IMG/VR virus record: IMGVR_UViG_3300034356_000609
Location: 35,810 to 99,809 of that record
DNA: 64,000 bases
Strand: one strand, 5' to 3'
Source: a virus
Both the position numbers and the translations under genes were made by a program. Below, one piece after another: positions 28,389-38,678 of this stretch. The first letter of the stretch is position 1, and every line of letters starts with the position of its first letter. The notes beneath the pieces were generated by a model that was not told the DNA's origin, did not search any database, and saw nothing but the letters and a program-made list of their open reading frames with translations.

Positions 28389-31300
28389 GTTATTGAGTTA
28401 TTTATTTGGGTTAGTTGTAAATTGTTAATGAACTTGTAACGGTTAAACTTATCTTGAATTAATCTTACTTTACAGAAAGTAGCTCTAATCTTTTGCTTAC
28501 CCATATTGTAAGTAGTATAGATAACTGCCTTAGGATTCACCACTTTGTCTATTGGATAAGTAGTTCTAACATCTTCCCAATCTGTGCTAAATAAGTTTTG
28601 AAAGTTCTTTTTATTGTTAGTAGCATCCCAAAATCCATTAAAGCTATTTTTGTGGTCTCTCTTGCTTAATAATACCTCTAGACCTACTCCTGATACTCTA
28701 GGATAAATAAGTCGCTGACGTGCGTTATTAGAGAGTTGTGGAACTAAATTAACAATACCAGACACTTGCTCCTTGTTATAAATGATTGCTTTTGTAAAGT
28801 TAGGAGTGTTCTTATCACTATTAGAACCTAGAGAATAGTATTCAGTACGATTGTAGTACTTGTGTACATCTTGAAAGTAGGTTACTGAGTTTACAGTTGC
28901 TGAGTTAGGAGCACTGTTTACGGCAAACTCTATAATGTAAGGATAGAATTGATTATAGTAAGTTTGATATGTTAAAGGAGACAAGTTGTGATTCCAAGTT
29001 GATGTCTTTGTAACTGTCTGGAAGTGGTCGATAAAAGATACGTAATTGTTTGGAATGAATGAGTGGAATGAAATCCAAGTCTTCGTTAAAACATTGTAAC
29101 TCATTGTCCAAGACTTATTCTCAAAGTACGTCAAATCTCCCAACTCAATCTCAACATCATTGTAATACAGCTTTTTGTTGAGGTAAGTTATATCATCTAT
29201 GTATTGGACTTTAATTTTGTAATCAAGTTTAGTTACAAACACACGATGATATCTCTCATCCCATCCCATTGCAATACCAATTCCTTTAAAGGTATTATCA
29301 ACAGGGAACTCAGGAATGTCTTTAATAATCTGGAAAGGAAGGTTTTCTTTGAACCAGTTCATAGAAGCTTTGTTTGAAATTTCCTCTATACCGTCACTAC
29401 CCCCTACTTTATAAATGTGACCTCTACGTGCATCTACCCAAAACCCTCCATGAGTTGTCTTAACAAATGCCTTATGCTGAGAACCTAAGTACCCTACATC
29501 AGAAGTGGAGAGTTCAATTGGCTTTTGTTTAAACATACTAGCATCTCCAATCTCCATTGAGATAGGATTGTTGCTATCCAAAGTGATAATAGAGTTGTAA
29601 AGTTTTGTGTTGTTTTCAAAACGTGCATAAACTTTAACGTTCTCAATACCATTCAAAGCAATAAGTTTTCCTGTGCTCTTAGGAAAGTCATAGAAGTTAG
29701 CCCTTCTAAAGTTTAACCACGGATCACCCTTGCCGTAAATATTTCCTTGGTCAGAATAAATCACACGGTTAAACAAATCTGTCTCACAATACAACTCAGG
29801 ATAATTCTCATTGTATGGGAAGTTAGGATTGATTTTGTTTTGAATAGAATACCCTGGATTGTAATAATAGAAGTTATCATACTTGATTGGTACGTTTACT
29901 TCTTGCAACCATTGGTCAGGAATCTCTCCAAGTTCTTTAGCTCCATAGAAATTCTCTTCTCTTTCGTTTCTACCATGACGGAAGTCTACGTTAACATCTG
30001 ATTCTACAAAGAATACAGGAATGCCGTAAGAGAATAAGTATACTTTACCCTTGTAGTAGAAATAGCTTTTATTAGGTGCTGTAAAGGTTACGTCATCATC
30101 CAAGAAGACAAAGGGTCTAGTGCCACCTAATAAATCAGATACAGTATCTAGTAGAGCTGCTTTAGGTAAATTTAATACAGCAGCCATTGCTATCTCTCCC
30201 GCACCTTTAGCGTCTCCCATGTAGGCAATAGCTGCGGCAATAATTCCAACCGCTGCCATCTCAACAATGAGAGTTGCCAACTGATCTTGTAATACTTGTA
30301 CTACGTCTATTGTATTAGAGTTAAATCCATAGAAATATGTAGGGTATCCTAAGTTAGGAAACAAGTAATAGTTAATAGGAATGTCGTCTGGCTTACCTGC
30401 TAAGTTTTGACGGAAGAAAGACTGCTTACGTTTAAGTGCAAATGCATTGATAAAAGTATCTCCACCAAAAGCAGGGTAAAACGTTTCTATTTGACGAGCG
30501 TTTCCTGATTGGTCTGTAGTTATATCTACTGAGTAACCCGTTGACATATAACTTAGGTTTGTCAAAGGACCGTATTGACTCGGTCTGTAGTCTTTAATAG
30601 AACCGTAGTATGCTCTTGTAGTACGAGAGTCGTTTACATCTGTAGCGTTGTCTACTGAGTCCTCACTAGAGATATATCTTGAGTTGTCGATTAAGTCGCT
30701 GTGGTGGTGATCAAACTCTCCATTTAGAGACAAGTATACACTAGTCTCACGGAATCTGTTGTGGAAGGGTTTTTCTCCCTGTCCAAAGGTCAAGATTTCA
30801 CTAGGAGCATAATTTCCAAACCGAACTCTTCTGCGTTTATGTCCTGCATTAGCAATAGTTCTATAGCCATTATATTTACCTACTCCGTTATACTGCCAAG
30901 CTAAGTTAATCTTTGGTACAAACTTTTCAATTAACTGTACAAACATAGCCTGATCATTAAACAAGTTTGAAGTATCCAAAGTGTAATCTTTGATATTCAA
31001 CAGGGTAGATAGTAAACCAGAAACTTGACTTACCCGTGCAGTAAAGAGTTTAATTTTACTATGTTCTTCTACTTCTACAAAGTGGCCTCTAACTTTACCT
31101 ATCTCTACTGTCTCTAGTTTTAACTCAGAACCTATTCTAGGGTAAGAGAAGTGTGTGTCAGGAGAGTGGAAGGTAAATCGTTTGTGCTTGTAACTTAACG
31201 TATTAGAAGTGACAAATCCATTATGAGAGAATTCATTTAAATCTCCTCCCAAAGCTTCTCTTCTATCCTGTTTATTATACCAATCACTACTTGTTCTTAA

Positions 31301-33982
31301 GTATGGATCTGATACTACAGAATCTCCTCTCCAGTTAATGTCGTTAAATGGATAGTTAGGGTAGTAGTATTCTTTCTCTCCGTTGTTACTTCTAAAGTAA
31401 CCTACGTCATATAGAAGACCTTTTGCTACTACAGACTTGTGTCCTACTCTTGATGCATATACTATCTCGTATCCACATATTAAATCTTTTGCTAAGTAAG
31501 GACTTTCTGGAGCTGATGTATTCTCAATAGACAACGTGTTGAGTAGGTCATTAAATACTCCTGCGTCTACTCTTACTCCTATGGGAAATACGTTGGTCTG
31601 TTGGTCAAAATTCGGAAATAAAGAACCTGAGTTATGTAAACCATCATGAATGTGGCTGATGTTAGAGTCAGGGAATTTATGAAATCTAATCGGTGTACCT
31701 GCCAATGCATTACCCCAAGCATCAGTATCCCATATCTGTTCGTTACATGGATACATTTCTTTTGACTCCCAATATGCAAACTCTCCTCGTTTATCATTTA
31801 AGATAGCACAAGAGAACTGTTTTTCCAACTCTGTAGGTTGTACTGGTGTTACAGTAGTGCCGACTCCTGCAGTATTATACACTTCCCACTTTGGTTTAGC
31901 CAAAGGTGCATCTAAACAATCTCCTTCTTCTATGAAGTTATCTCCGCTTGAGGTAGGAATAGAAGTTGTGTCTCCAGGTACTACGTCTTTTGCACGACCT
32001 GGAATATGATATACTTCAGTATACTTACCTGTCTTTAGTTTAAACTTAATACCAAAAGCATACACCTCATCTCTTTGGTAGGTACGAAATACACAAGCTA
32101 CTTCAGGGTTTGAGTAATCCCACTTGTCTCCAAATGGCATCTTTACTGTTTCCCATTGTAATCTTAACTTATTAGCAAAAGGTTGGAAGTTGTATTGAGC
32201 CTCTTTTTCTAAATCTGCCAATAATAAAATGTCGTTTTGACTTTCTACGATACCTGCTGTTTTATAGTATGGAGTACGTACTAATGGCTCTAGGCTAGAC
32301 TGAGTAGTTTTAACTTCCCCAGTATAGATAATAACATCTTGTAAGAACTGTTTATCTACACGATACTTTCCTACTAACTGGTAAGTAGTTGTAACTCCTT
32401 GTACTGTCTCTGCTACTACTAAGTTAAAATAATCAAAGATGTTTACCTTGTGGTCTATCTGAACTGTAATAGCATTGTTAGTAACGTAGTCGATAAGATT
32501 TGTAAGTTTCTTTTCGAAGATTGGAATAGGTTGACTAAAGTCAAAATAGTCAGTTAACTCTACACCTGCGTCATCTGTGTATGCTATTGCAAACTGGTAC
32601 GTACCTGCCTTTAATTGTCCTCCTGTACCTACACGGATAGGAGTTACTTTAGGGTGGCAGGTATCAGGAAATATCTTTAACTCCCCACAACTCTTTTTAG
32701 TTACTAGCTTTTTTCCTCCACAGTCTTGACTCTCTCCACAAGCATCTCTGTTAAGTGGTCTTTCAAGAGACAAATAACGAGGGGGATTCTTCTTATCTAC
32801 AAAGTATACTCTAGTTTCACACTGATCTACTCTATATGTCGCATAGATAGGATGCTCAATGTCAAAGTTCAAACAACAATTAGAGGGAGAAGGATCTAAA
32901 CAAGGGTTACAGTTTCCTGTAGAATAGATATTCTCGTAAGCAACTACAACATCTACCCCTGGAGTGCCTCTGTAAATAACTCTCCAACTATCTTTAAGCA
33001 TATTAAAAGACCCATACCCTTCAAAGGTGTTGTTAGGATTTTCTATACTTACTATGTTTCCGTTACAATCTGTGTACTCAATTACTACTTGACCTGTAGA
33101 ACTTCCAGGAGGAACTGTAGGATTAATAGTTTGAAGAGTTACAGTGTAACAATCTTGACAACAATCTGCACAGCATTCATCTATCAAAACTGAATCGTAA
33201 TCACAACAAGACTTTTCTGTAACTAAAGATGTACAGGGAAAAGTATCAAACCCTGCTGAACTAGCATTTGGATGCTGAAAAGGATTTACTCTAGGACTAG
33301 AACCATCTCCTAACTCATTAGACCAATCTATTGTAGCAATGCGGTCATAACATACTACATTGACTCTACTAGCCAAATAAGTAGGTGACATAGAAGCATC
33401 TGGAGTATAACCGTTATCTGCATACCAATCTGCTACCGTGGTAAATACTAACGAACTTGTATTGCCTTGTACTCTATTGCCGTTACAATCTACGTAGTAA
33501 TAATTATAATTAGTAATAAAAGCAGGCTCTTCACCTGCAGCATTGCTAATAGATTCGTAGATAATACCATAAATACAATTAGGATTTGCTGAAGTTGAGG
33601 TGTTCTTAACTTTAGTCACAGTAGAACTTAAAACCTTACCCCCAACACAACCGCAGTCGGTTTCAACTTCTTCACTAGTAATGCAGTCTAAACCATTGTT
33701 TGTAATTACTCCTATCTCTCCTTTACCGTCTGGTCCTACTAGGAAGACAACAACACGGTTCTGTTCTATAATATTTAAGAGTCCTACGATCCTATAGCCA
33801 GCTTTAAACGAACTAAAGTCCACGCAGACTTGGTTAGACATTTCATTTGTATAGGTAAATGTATTACCATCATGGGACTGAATATTAGCATTCAATGCCC
33901 AAGTCAACTGATTTCCTTGAACCTGCCAGTTGACCGAGTCTAAGTTTAGACCGTTGGTATTTTGATTACCCTTGAACTCCAT
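28385..33982 (-). CDS. Tail muzzle / stabilization protein (P22 gp10-like, crAss-like)
   Basis: 1865 aa; GLNLDS..ALNAN start, CLNFDIEHPI, GTYQFAIAY, YQRDEVYAFGI, YHIPGR, FTFHSPD, FGGDTFI, WISFHSFIP; downstream of ring genes. Confidence 0.85.
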   Translation of the reverse strand: MEFKGNQNTNGLNLDSVNWQVQGNQLTWALNANIQSHDGNTFTYTNEMSNQVCVDFSSFKAGYRIVGLLNIIEQNRVVVFLVGPDGKGEIGVITNNGLDCITSEEVETDCGCVGGKVLSSTVTKVKNTSTSANPNCIYGIIYESISNAAGEEPAFITNYNYYYVDCNGNRVQGNTSSLVFTTVADWYADNGYTPDASMSPTYLASRVNVVCYDRIATIDWSNELGDGSSPRVNPFQHPNASSAGFDTFPCTSLVTEKSCCDYDSVLIDECCADCCQDCYTVTLQTINPTVPPGSSTGQVVIEYTDCNGNIVSIENPNNTFEGYGSFNMLKDSWRVIYRGTPGVDVVVAYENIYSTGNCNPCLDPSPSNCCLNFDIEHPIYATYRVDQCETRVYFVDKKNPPRYLSLERPLNRDACGESQDCGGKKLVTKKSCGELKIFPDTCHPKVTPIRVGTGGQLKAGTYQFAIAYTDDAGVELTDYFDFSQPIPIFEKKLTNLIDYVTNNAITVQIDHKVNIFDYFNLVVAETVQGVTTTYQLVGKYRVDKQFLQDVIIYTGEVKTTQSSLEPLVRTPYYKTAGIVESQNDILLLADLEKEAQYNFQPFANKLRLQWETVKMPFGDKWDYSNPEVACVFRTYQRDEVYAFGIKFKLKTGKYTEVYHIPGRAKDVVPGDTTSIPTSSGDNFIEEGDCLDAPLAKPKWEVYNTAGVGTTVTPVQPTELEKQFSCAILNDKRGEFAYWESKEMYPCNEQIWDTDAWGNALAGTPIRFHKFPDSNISHIHDGLHNSGSLFPNFDQQTNVFPIGVRVDAGVFNDLLNTLSIENTSAPESPYLAKDLICGYEIVYASRVGHKSVVAKGLLYDVGYFRSNNGEKEYYYPNYPFNDINWRGDSVVSDPYLRTSSDWYNKQDRREALGGDLNEFSHNGFVTSNTLSYKHKRFTFHSPDTHFSYPRIGSELKLETVEIGKVRGHFVEVEEHSKIKLFTARVSQVSGLLSTLLNIKDYTLDTSNLFNDQAMFVQLIEKFVPKINLAWQYNGVGKYNGYRTIANAGHKRRRVRFGNYAPSEILTFGQGEKPFHNRFRETSVYLSLNGEFDHHHSDLIDNSRYISSEDSVDNATDVNDSRTTRAYYGSIKDYRPSQYGPLTNLSYMSTGYSVDITTDQSGNARQIETFYPAFGGDTFINAFALKRKQSFFRQNLAGKPDDIPINYYLFPNLGYPTYFYGFNSNTIDVVQVLQDQLATLIVEMAAVGIIAAAIAYMGDAKGAGEIAMAAVLNLPKAALLDTVSDLLGGTRPFVFLDDDVTFTAPNKSYFYYKGKVYLFSYGIPVFFVESDVNVDFRHGRNEREENFYGAKELGEIPDQWLQEVNVPIKYDNFYYYNPGYSIQNKINPNFPYNENYPELYCETDLFNRVIYSDQGNIYGKGDPWLNFRRANFYDFPKSTGKLIALNGIENVKVYARFENNTKLYNSIITLDSNNPISMEIGDASMFKQKPIELSTSDVGYLGSQHKAFVKTTHGGFWVDARRGHIYKVGGSDGIEEISNKASMNWFKENLPFQIIKDIPEFPVDNTFKGIGIAMGWDERYHRVFVTKLDYKIKVQYIDDITYLNKKLYYNDVEIELGDLTYFENKSWTMSYNVLTKTWISFHSFIPNNYVSFIDHFQTVTKTSTWNHNLSPLTYQTYYNQFYPYIIEFAVNSAPNSATVNSVTYFQDVHKYYNRTEYYSLGSNSDKNTPNFTKAIIYNKEQVSGIVNLVPQLSNNARQRLIYPRVSGVGLEVLLSKRDHKNSFNGFWDATNNKKNFQNLFSTDWEDVRTTYPIDKVVNPKAVIYTTYNMGKQKIRATFCKVRLIQDKFNRYKFINNLQLTQINNSIT

Positions 33983-33984
33983 TG

Positions 33985-34815
33985 TTAACCTATATGAAAT
34001 TTACTAAAACGATTACGTGTGCGAACAATACTATCAGCGATTTGCTGTTTAGTCTTGCTCATGAGTATATTGTAGGCAGCCTGAAGTTTTTCTAACTGCT
34101 CTCTTTTATAGTATTGAAGTTTGGCCTCTACTTGCTTGCTAGACTCATCCATTACAGAGTGCCACATTTGCTCGAAGAACTTATACTTTAAGTAAGACTT
34201 AACATATTCTTCTACCTCCATTACTTCTGGAATCATAACCATTCCATAGTCGTCTACAGGTCTAGAAAAGTATTTAACATATAAACAACCTTCTTGGAAA
34301 GTAGCAGATATCTTTTTGTGTTGATTAATCTTGATAATGTCAGTACTGCTTACCTTAAGGTTTTGACAATTCTCAGTGCAAAGTGACGTGGAGTCAAAGT
34401 AGACCCTAATCCACTTGGGATGCTTGAGCATAATCCTAAAGCCAGGCATAGGAATAGTAATCCGTTCAAACATCTCCACGCTTGACTCTGTGCTACATCC
34501 ATCTACTTGGATGTCTTTATACCAAGTACCAATAACAGAACTAACTGCTGAATCCCAAAATACATCTGAAGAATAAGACAACACGTAGTCCAGTAAGTAG
34601 AAGTCATAAGGCATCTCACTCTTATAATCTTCGATGCGTACTACCGCTTCCTCAGGTCTCAATGCAAGTACATTAAGTTTACGTAGTGCTTGGTCTACAA
34701 AAGTCGGAATAAGAACTTCACTTACGGCACCTGCCTCAAAGTAAGTTTTCAACTCTTGTTTAACCTCCGCAACTAGAGGCTCAGATGTTATGTATTTATA
34801 GTTATTGTACTTCAT
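33985..34815 (-). CDS. Tail tubular / ring protein (P22 gp4-like)
   Basis: 276 aa immediately upstream of the muzzle gene; MPYDFY and YFSRPVDDYGMVMIPE segments. Confidence 0.7.
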   Translation of the reverse strand: MKYNNYKYITSEPLVAEVKQELKTYFEAGAVSEVLIPTFVDQALRKLNVLALRPEEAVVRIEDYKSEMPYDFYLLDYVLSYSSDVFWDSAVSSVIGTWYKDIQVDGCSTESSVEMFERITIPMPGFRIMLKHPKWIRVYFDSTSLCTENCQNLKVSSTDIIKINQHKKISATFQEGCLYVKYFSRPVDDYGMVMIPEVMEVEEYVKSYLKYKFFEQMWHSVMDESSKQVEAKLQYYKREQLEKLQAAYNILMSKTKQQIADSIVRTRNRFSKFHIG

Positions 34816-35254
34816 CGTTAATTACTTTAGTGGCTAAAAGCTGACGATTAGATCGACTTAATAGAAAATTATAAAATCCAAACTCAGTATTCTTCCTTTC
34901 GTACAAGTAAAAGAATAGTCTGTACATCATACCATCTGAATGAAAGTTCTTAAAAGTGGTATATACACCATCTTTATGGTAACGACCCCAATCAATTTTA
35001 CGAACGAGTTTTGTAGGAGTTACTTTAACTAAACTTAAAATACCTAGTTTAGGAAACCTTACGGCATATCTACCTGTAATAGCTTTGTCTACTACCTTTT
35101 CGTTGACTTTAAGAATAATCTTTGTATACATCTCATATGAGATATCAGTACGACCAGTAGTCTTTACAAACTTATCGTAAGTATCTCTACTAGTCGGATT
35201 TACATCTGACCTAATAGATTTTCTAGTATTAAGGCTGGTCATCTTCGTTATCAC
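34802..35254 (-). CDS. IHF/HU-like DNA-binding protein
   Basis: 150 aa basic; VRFPKLGILSLVK beta-arm motif and KIDWG; conserved position among crAss-like ring genes. Confidence 0.65.
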   Translation of the reverse strand: MITKMTSLNTRKSIRSDVNPTSRDTYDKFVKTTGRTDISYEMYTKIILKVNEKVVDKAITGRYAVRFPKLGILSLVKVTPTKLVRKIDWGRYHKDGVYTTFKNFHSDGMMYRLFFYLYERKNTEFGFYNFLLSRSNRQLLATKVINDEVQ

Positions 35255-35858
35255 TATGAGGTTCAGGAAGCATTTTATGGTAGTTTACCAAACTTTGGTT
35301 TGTAGTTTCAAACAAAGCATCTAACAGATACTCAGGAAACTTAAACTCCATATCATACATAGACATACAAGGTGCAGGATTAACAGGCTCTGTAAAATAT
35401 GCATACATGTTTACTGCTTCTACGTCAGGGTTCAACACATAGAGATATCCATTACGGATAGTATAATAAGATCTGTTTGTTTTTACTCTTAGACGTGTGT
35501 GGTTAATAAAGTCCCTAATAGTTGTAGGAAAAATCTCTTCCGAGTTAGAGGTGTTGAATACACCCTGGATAAAGTAAGAGTATAGTCCCTCTTCAATTTT
35601 AGGAAGTTTTTTGCGAGTTCTTCGGATATCACACTTCAAGTCACACTCAGCTCCAGGAGCTTCTATTAAGTGGATACATTCATAAGCACTGTAGACGTTG
35701 TCAGAGGTTAGTAACTTTCTAAGGTTAATTTCTCTTCTAAGTAAAGCACTTGCCTTGGTCTTTAAAGTGTTGTATATAAATCTATCGGACACCAAGTCAT
35801 CATCACTAATAAACTTATTAGAAACTTTAATTCTAGATATTACATCTGATATAGTCAT
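35229..35858 (-). CDS. Putative tail ring protein
   Basis: 209 aa; synteny (ring-IHF-ring-muzzle); RTRKKLPKI and YYTIRNGYLYV segments. Confidence 0.6.
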   Translation of the reverse strand: MTISDVISRIKVSNKFISDDDLVSDRFIYNTLKTKASALLRREINLRKLLTSDNVYSAYECIHLIEAPGAECDLKCDIRRTRKKLPKIEEGLYSYFIQGVFNTSNSEEIFPTTIRDFINHTRLRVKTNRSYYTIRNGYLYVLNPDVEAVNMYAYFTEPVNPAPCMSMYDMEFKFPEYLLDALFETTNQSLVNYHKMLPEPHSDNEDDQP

Positions 35859-35875
35859 TAGCTTACCTTTTAATA

Positions 35876-35906
35876 CAAATATAATTTAATCCATTACGAT
35901 TGTCAA
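35876..35906 (-). promoter_or_regulatory. Bacteroidota sigma70-type promoter for the tail operon
   Basis: Minus strand TTG-N20-TATATTTG, just downstream of a terminator; shares AATTATATTTGTATT with the 24175 promoter. Confidence 0.75.
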
Positions 35907-35918
35907 TTAATTTTACTT

Positions 35919-35947
35919 AAACCAAAAGAGCCTAGTTGCCTAGGCTC
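35919..35947 (-). terminator. Intrinsic terminator
   Basis: Minus strand GAGCCTAG-GCAA-CTAGGCTC followed by TTTTGGTTT, downstream of the 640-aa gene. Confidence 0.8.
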
Positions 35948-35993
35948 CGTTTGGATGTTTGACAGACAACCAACCAAATTACTGCCAAGTTCT
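35919..35993 (-). ncRNA. Candidate 3'UTR-derived small RNA
   Basis: Stem UUGGCAG/CUGUCAA enclosing UAAUUUGGUUGGUUGU, then a terminator; 19/21 complementary to the leader and start codon at 52164-52184. Confidence 0.35.
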
Positions 35994-35996
35994 TTA

Positions 35997-37919
35997 TTAT
36001 GGTAGAACCGTATAAGAGAGACCTCCTAATAAGATTTCTACGTTTGACCCAGAGGCACTGTATACTACACTACCTGCGGGATATGTGGGATAAGGAATCA
36101 GTCTAAGTTGACCTGATGAATCAAGGGAAACCATTGCATCGTGAGAAGCACTTGGCTCGGTGTATGGAGCAGTAGCACGTACCAATACTCTTGCGTAGAA
36201 GTATACTGTAGAGGTAGGTCTAATTGCTGCGGGTGCAACTGCAATGTCAACTGCAGCTCCACTACTTAAACTAAAACTACCTGTTGATACCAATCTGATA
36301 TTACCATTTAAGGTTACCATATCTCCATGTTTAACACCCATCAAGTATCCACTACCAGGTGAGGTAGGGAATGTAGCAGAATTTAAGTTACTTGCTCCTG
36401 CAACAGCTGATGCGGTAAAGTTATACCTAGTAGCTGCAGCACCTGCTACTGACAAGTTGTAATTTACATTTCCTGCAGTTGTAGTAGGAGTAATAGTAAC
36501 AGTAGAGTCAGTGCTAGTAAGAGTTACCAACTGATTGATATTTCTATTTACCCAGTTTGTTCCATTGTAGTAAAGTACATGAGGATTTGAAGGAGTAGTT
36601 ATTACTACATCTCCCAAAGCATCTATAGAACAAGAAGCCAAAGAAGCACATGTAAATGTAGCTCCAGCTGCCAAAGAAACAATTTTAGAACCGCAGCCTG
36701 CTGTAGTTACAGTAAAGTCACCAGAGTAAGTAGTTTTCTCTGCGTTCAGTACAGTAACAATACGTTGCAACTGCGTTTGAATGCTTGCTCCTGTATTTGT
36801 AAAGCTGTAAGGTGCTGAACCAAAACATCCTACCCAGTTAAGAGCAAGTGTATCTGTCTTTATGTAGGCAGGAATTGCAGTAACTGTAGTGTCTACTGAG
36901 CATACTTTAGTAGTCAAGTAACTGATAGTAGCATGGGCTGAATCAGAACCAGTACCTCCCAAAGCTGTAAGGCAGTTTGCACTATTGTTAAATCTAACTG
37001 TACTTCCCAAGAAAGTAGTGATTGTACTTACGTTAGAGTTTGTTGAAGTAATGCTTGCACTCAATCCTGTGGTGATTGAACACATGTTATCTACTACCCA
37101 ATCAAACCAAGTACCAATAGAAGCACTAGAGGAAGGTTGAGCAGTCATAGTACAAGACCCTGGAACTGTAACTCCTGTAATTGTAATTCCTCCTGAACCA
37201 CTTGCAATAGCACAAATCTTACTGCCGTACTCAGTTAAGATAGCTCCAAGAGTAGATACTCCAGAAGTCAAACCTGTAACACAAGCAGGGACTGTAAAGG
37301 TAGGAGTCTCTACCGCTTTGACTCTTGTATTCAAAGCACATAAAGCAGCACTAGCACTCTCAGCAAATCCTTGAGCTGTTGTAATAGCAGAACCAGTAGA
37401 TTCTAAGTTACCACCGCTTCTGAGACAACTGTAGTTGAATCCACTGTACAACAGACCACTTGGAGTTAAGTTACACAATCTATCATGCAGATTCTTTATG
37501 GCTGCATCCATTGTGTAAGTAGTATCTATCAAAGCGGATAGTGTAGCTACAGCTATTGTTAGGTTATTGGCAGGAGTAGTTCCTCCTAATGAAGCACCTG
37601 CAATAGTCAAACTGTCACCAACTGCATAACCGCTTCCTGGGTTTACCAAGGAGACAATGTACGAAGTTGAAGAAGGCCCTCTAGTCACACTAAAGGTAGC
37701 TCCCGAACCAGCACCCCCTGTAGCTGCTACAACGACTGTAACAGCAGGTGTAATAGCCACAGCAGTACCAGACCTAGTAAAGGTGTTGATAGGACCTAAA
37801 GAACAGAATAAACTTGTTCCAGAATAAGTAATACACTTTCCAAAGTTGGTCGACAAACAACCTACTTCGGCACAAGGGTCAATTGTATTTACACCGTAGC
37901 AATCAGCACATGTAGTCAT
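35997..37919 (-). CDS. Cys-rich fibre-like structural protein
   Basis: 640 aa T/S/G/C-rich; repeated short coiled segments ending in (L/I/V/M)C; IDALGDVVIT...LYYNGTNWVN fibre motif; C-terminal beta domain (GDMVTLNG...AIRP). Confidence 0.65.
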   Translation of the reverse strand: MTTCADCYGVNTIDPCAEVGCLSTNFGKCITYSGTSLFCSLGPINTFTRSGTAVAITPAVTVVVAATGGAGSGATFSVTRGPSSTSYIVSLVNPGSGYAVGDSLTIAGASLGGTTPANNLTIAVATLSALIDTTYTMDAAIKNLHDRLCNLTPSGLLYSGFNYSCLRSGGNLESTGSAITTAQGFAESASAALCALNTRVKAVETPTFTVPACVTGLTSGVSTLGAILTEYGSKICAIASGSGGITITGVTVPGSCTMTAQPSSSASIGTWFDWVVDNMCSITTGLSASITSTNSNVSTITTFLGSTVRFNNSANCLTALGGTGSDSAHATISYLTTKVCSVDTTVTAIPAYIKTDTLALNWVGCFGSAPYSFTNTGASIQTQLQRIVTVLNAEKTTYSGDFTVTTAGCGSKIVSLAAGATFTCASLASCSIDALGDVVITTPSNPHVLYYNGTNWVNRNINQLVTLTSTDSTVTITPTTTAGNVNYNLSVAGAAATRYNFTASAVAGASNLNSATFPTSPGSGYLMGVKHGDMVTLNGNIRLVSTGSFSLSSGAAVDIAVAPAAIRPTSTVYFYARVLVRATAPYTEPSASHDAMVSLDSSGQLRLIPYPTYPAGSVVYSASGSNVEILLGGLSYTVLP

Positions 37920-37930
37920 TTTTTATATAT

Positions 37931-38479
37931 TTAAGGGCAGCAAGAACAAATTTTAGTTATCATAACCTGTAACAATCCTCTCAAGGTAGTAATACCACCT
38001 GCAGGTACACAGGGCTCTGTCAAGATACATTGGCCATTTACACTCAACCAAGTCTTGAAGTCTTGGTCTAAAGGCAAATCAAGCCAAAATACGTTACCAC
38101 TGTCTGTAGTAACATTCTCATTCTTTAAGTAGTTAACTTGTTTTTGTAAGGCGCATACAACATTTAATAGCTGTACAACTACTTCACTTTGAACATAGCG
38201 AGTATCGTTAACTTCGTATGTAGTAAGAGAAGCAGTATTAACCAAACCAAGACCACAAGATGAGTTAGCACTATCAAGCGCAGTTTTGCTAATACCGATT
38301 TTTCCAATAATGTCTTTAAGATTATCATCAAATAAATGAATAACGTCATTTAGATAAGGAGTACAAGTAAACTCTTTATCAATAGGACCATCTGTAGTAG
38401 GAGTCCCAGTATATTTAACACACTTAGATGGAATTATCTCCACACAGTTGTTAGGTTCGCAACAAGGTTTATGTGCCAT
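37931..38479 (-). CDS. Cys-rich structural protein
   Basis: 182 aa; CVEIIPSKCVKYTG resembles the N-terminus of the adjacent 640-aa protein (CLSTNFGKCITYSG). Confidence 0.6.
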   Translation of the reverse strand: MAHKPCCEPNNCVEIIPSKCVKYTGTPTTDGPIDKEFTCTPYLNDVIHLFDDNLKDIIGKIGISKTALDSANSSCGLGLVNTASLTTYEVNDTRYVQSEVVVQLLNVVCALQKQVNYLKNENVTTDSGNVFWLDLPLDQDFKTWLSVNGQCILTEPCVPAGGITTLRGLLQVMITKICSCCP

Positions 38480-38489
38480 TTGTTTCTAG

Positions 38490-38678
38490 TTATAGTTTTA
38501 TTTTAAGGTTAGCGTTGACAGTACAGTCTAAACAATGAGTAATCTTAAGGTATCTTGAATACTTTCTTGACTTCTTGTAATAAGGAGCAGTAAGATACTT
38601 CATGTGTTGCATCTCTTTAATTGCCGCCTTAGCAAGTTTTTGCTTAACAGTCAAGTTCAAATCTTCTAAGTAAGTCAT
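38490..38678 (-). CDS. Small hypothetical protein
   Basis: Fills the gap; start moved to MTYLEDL to reduce overlap with the upstream gene; C-terminal CLDC. Confidence 0.5.
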   Translation of the reverse strand: MTYLEDLNLTVKQKLAKAAIKEMQHMKYLTAPYYKKSRKYSRYLKITHCLDCTVNANLKIKL

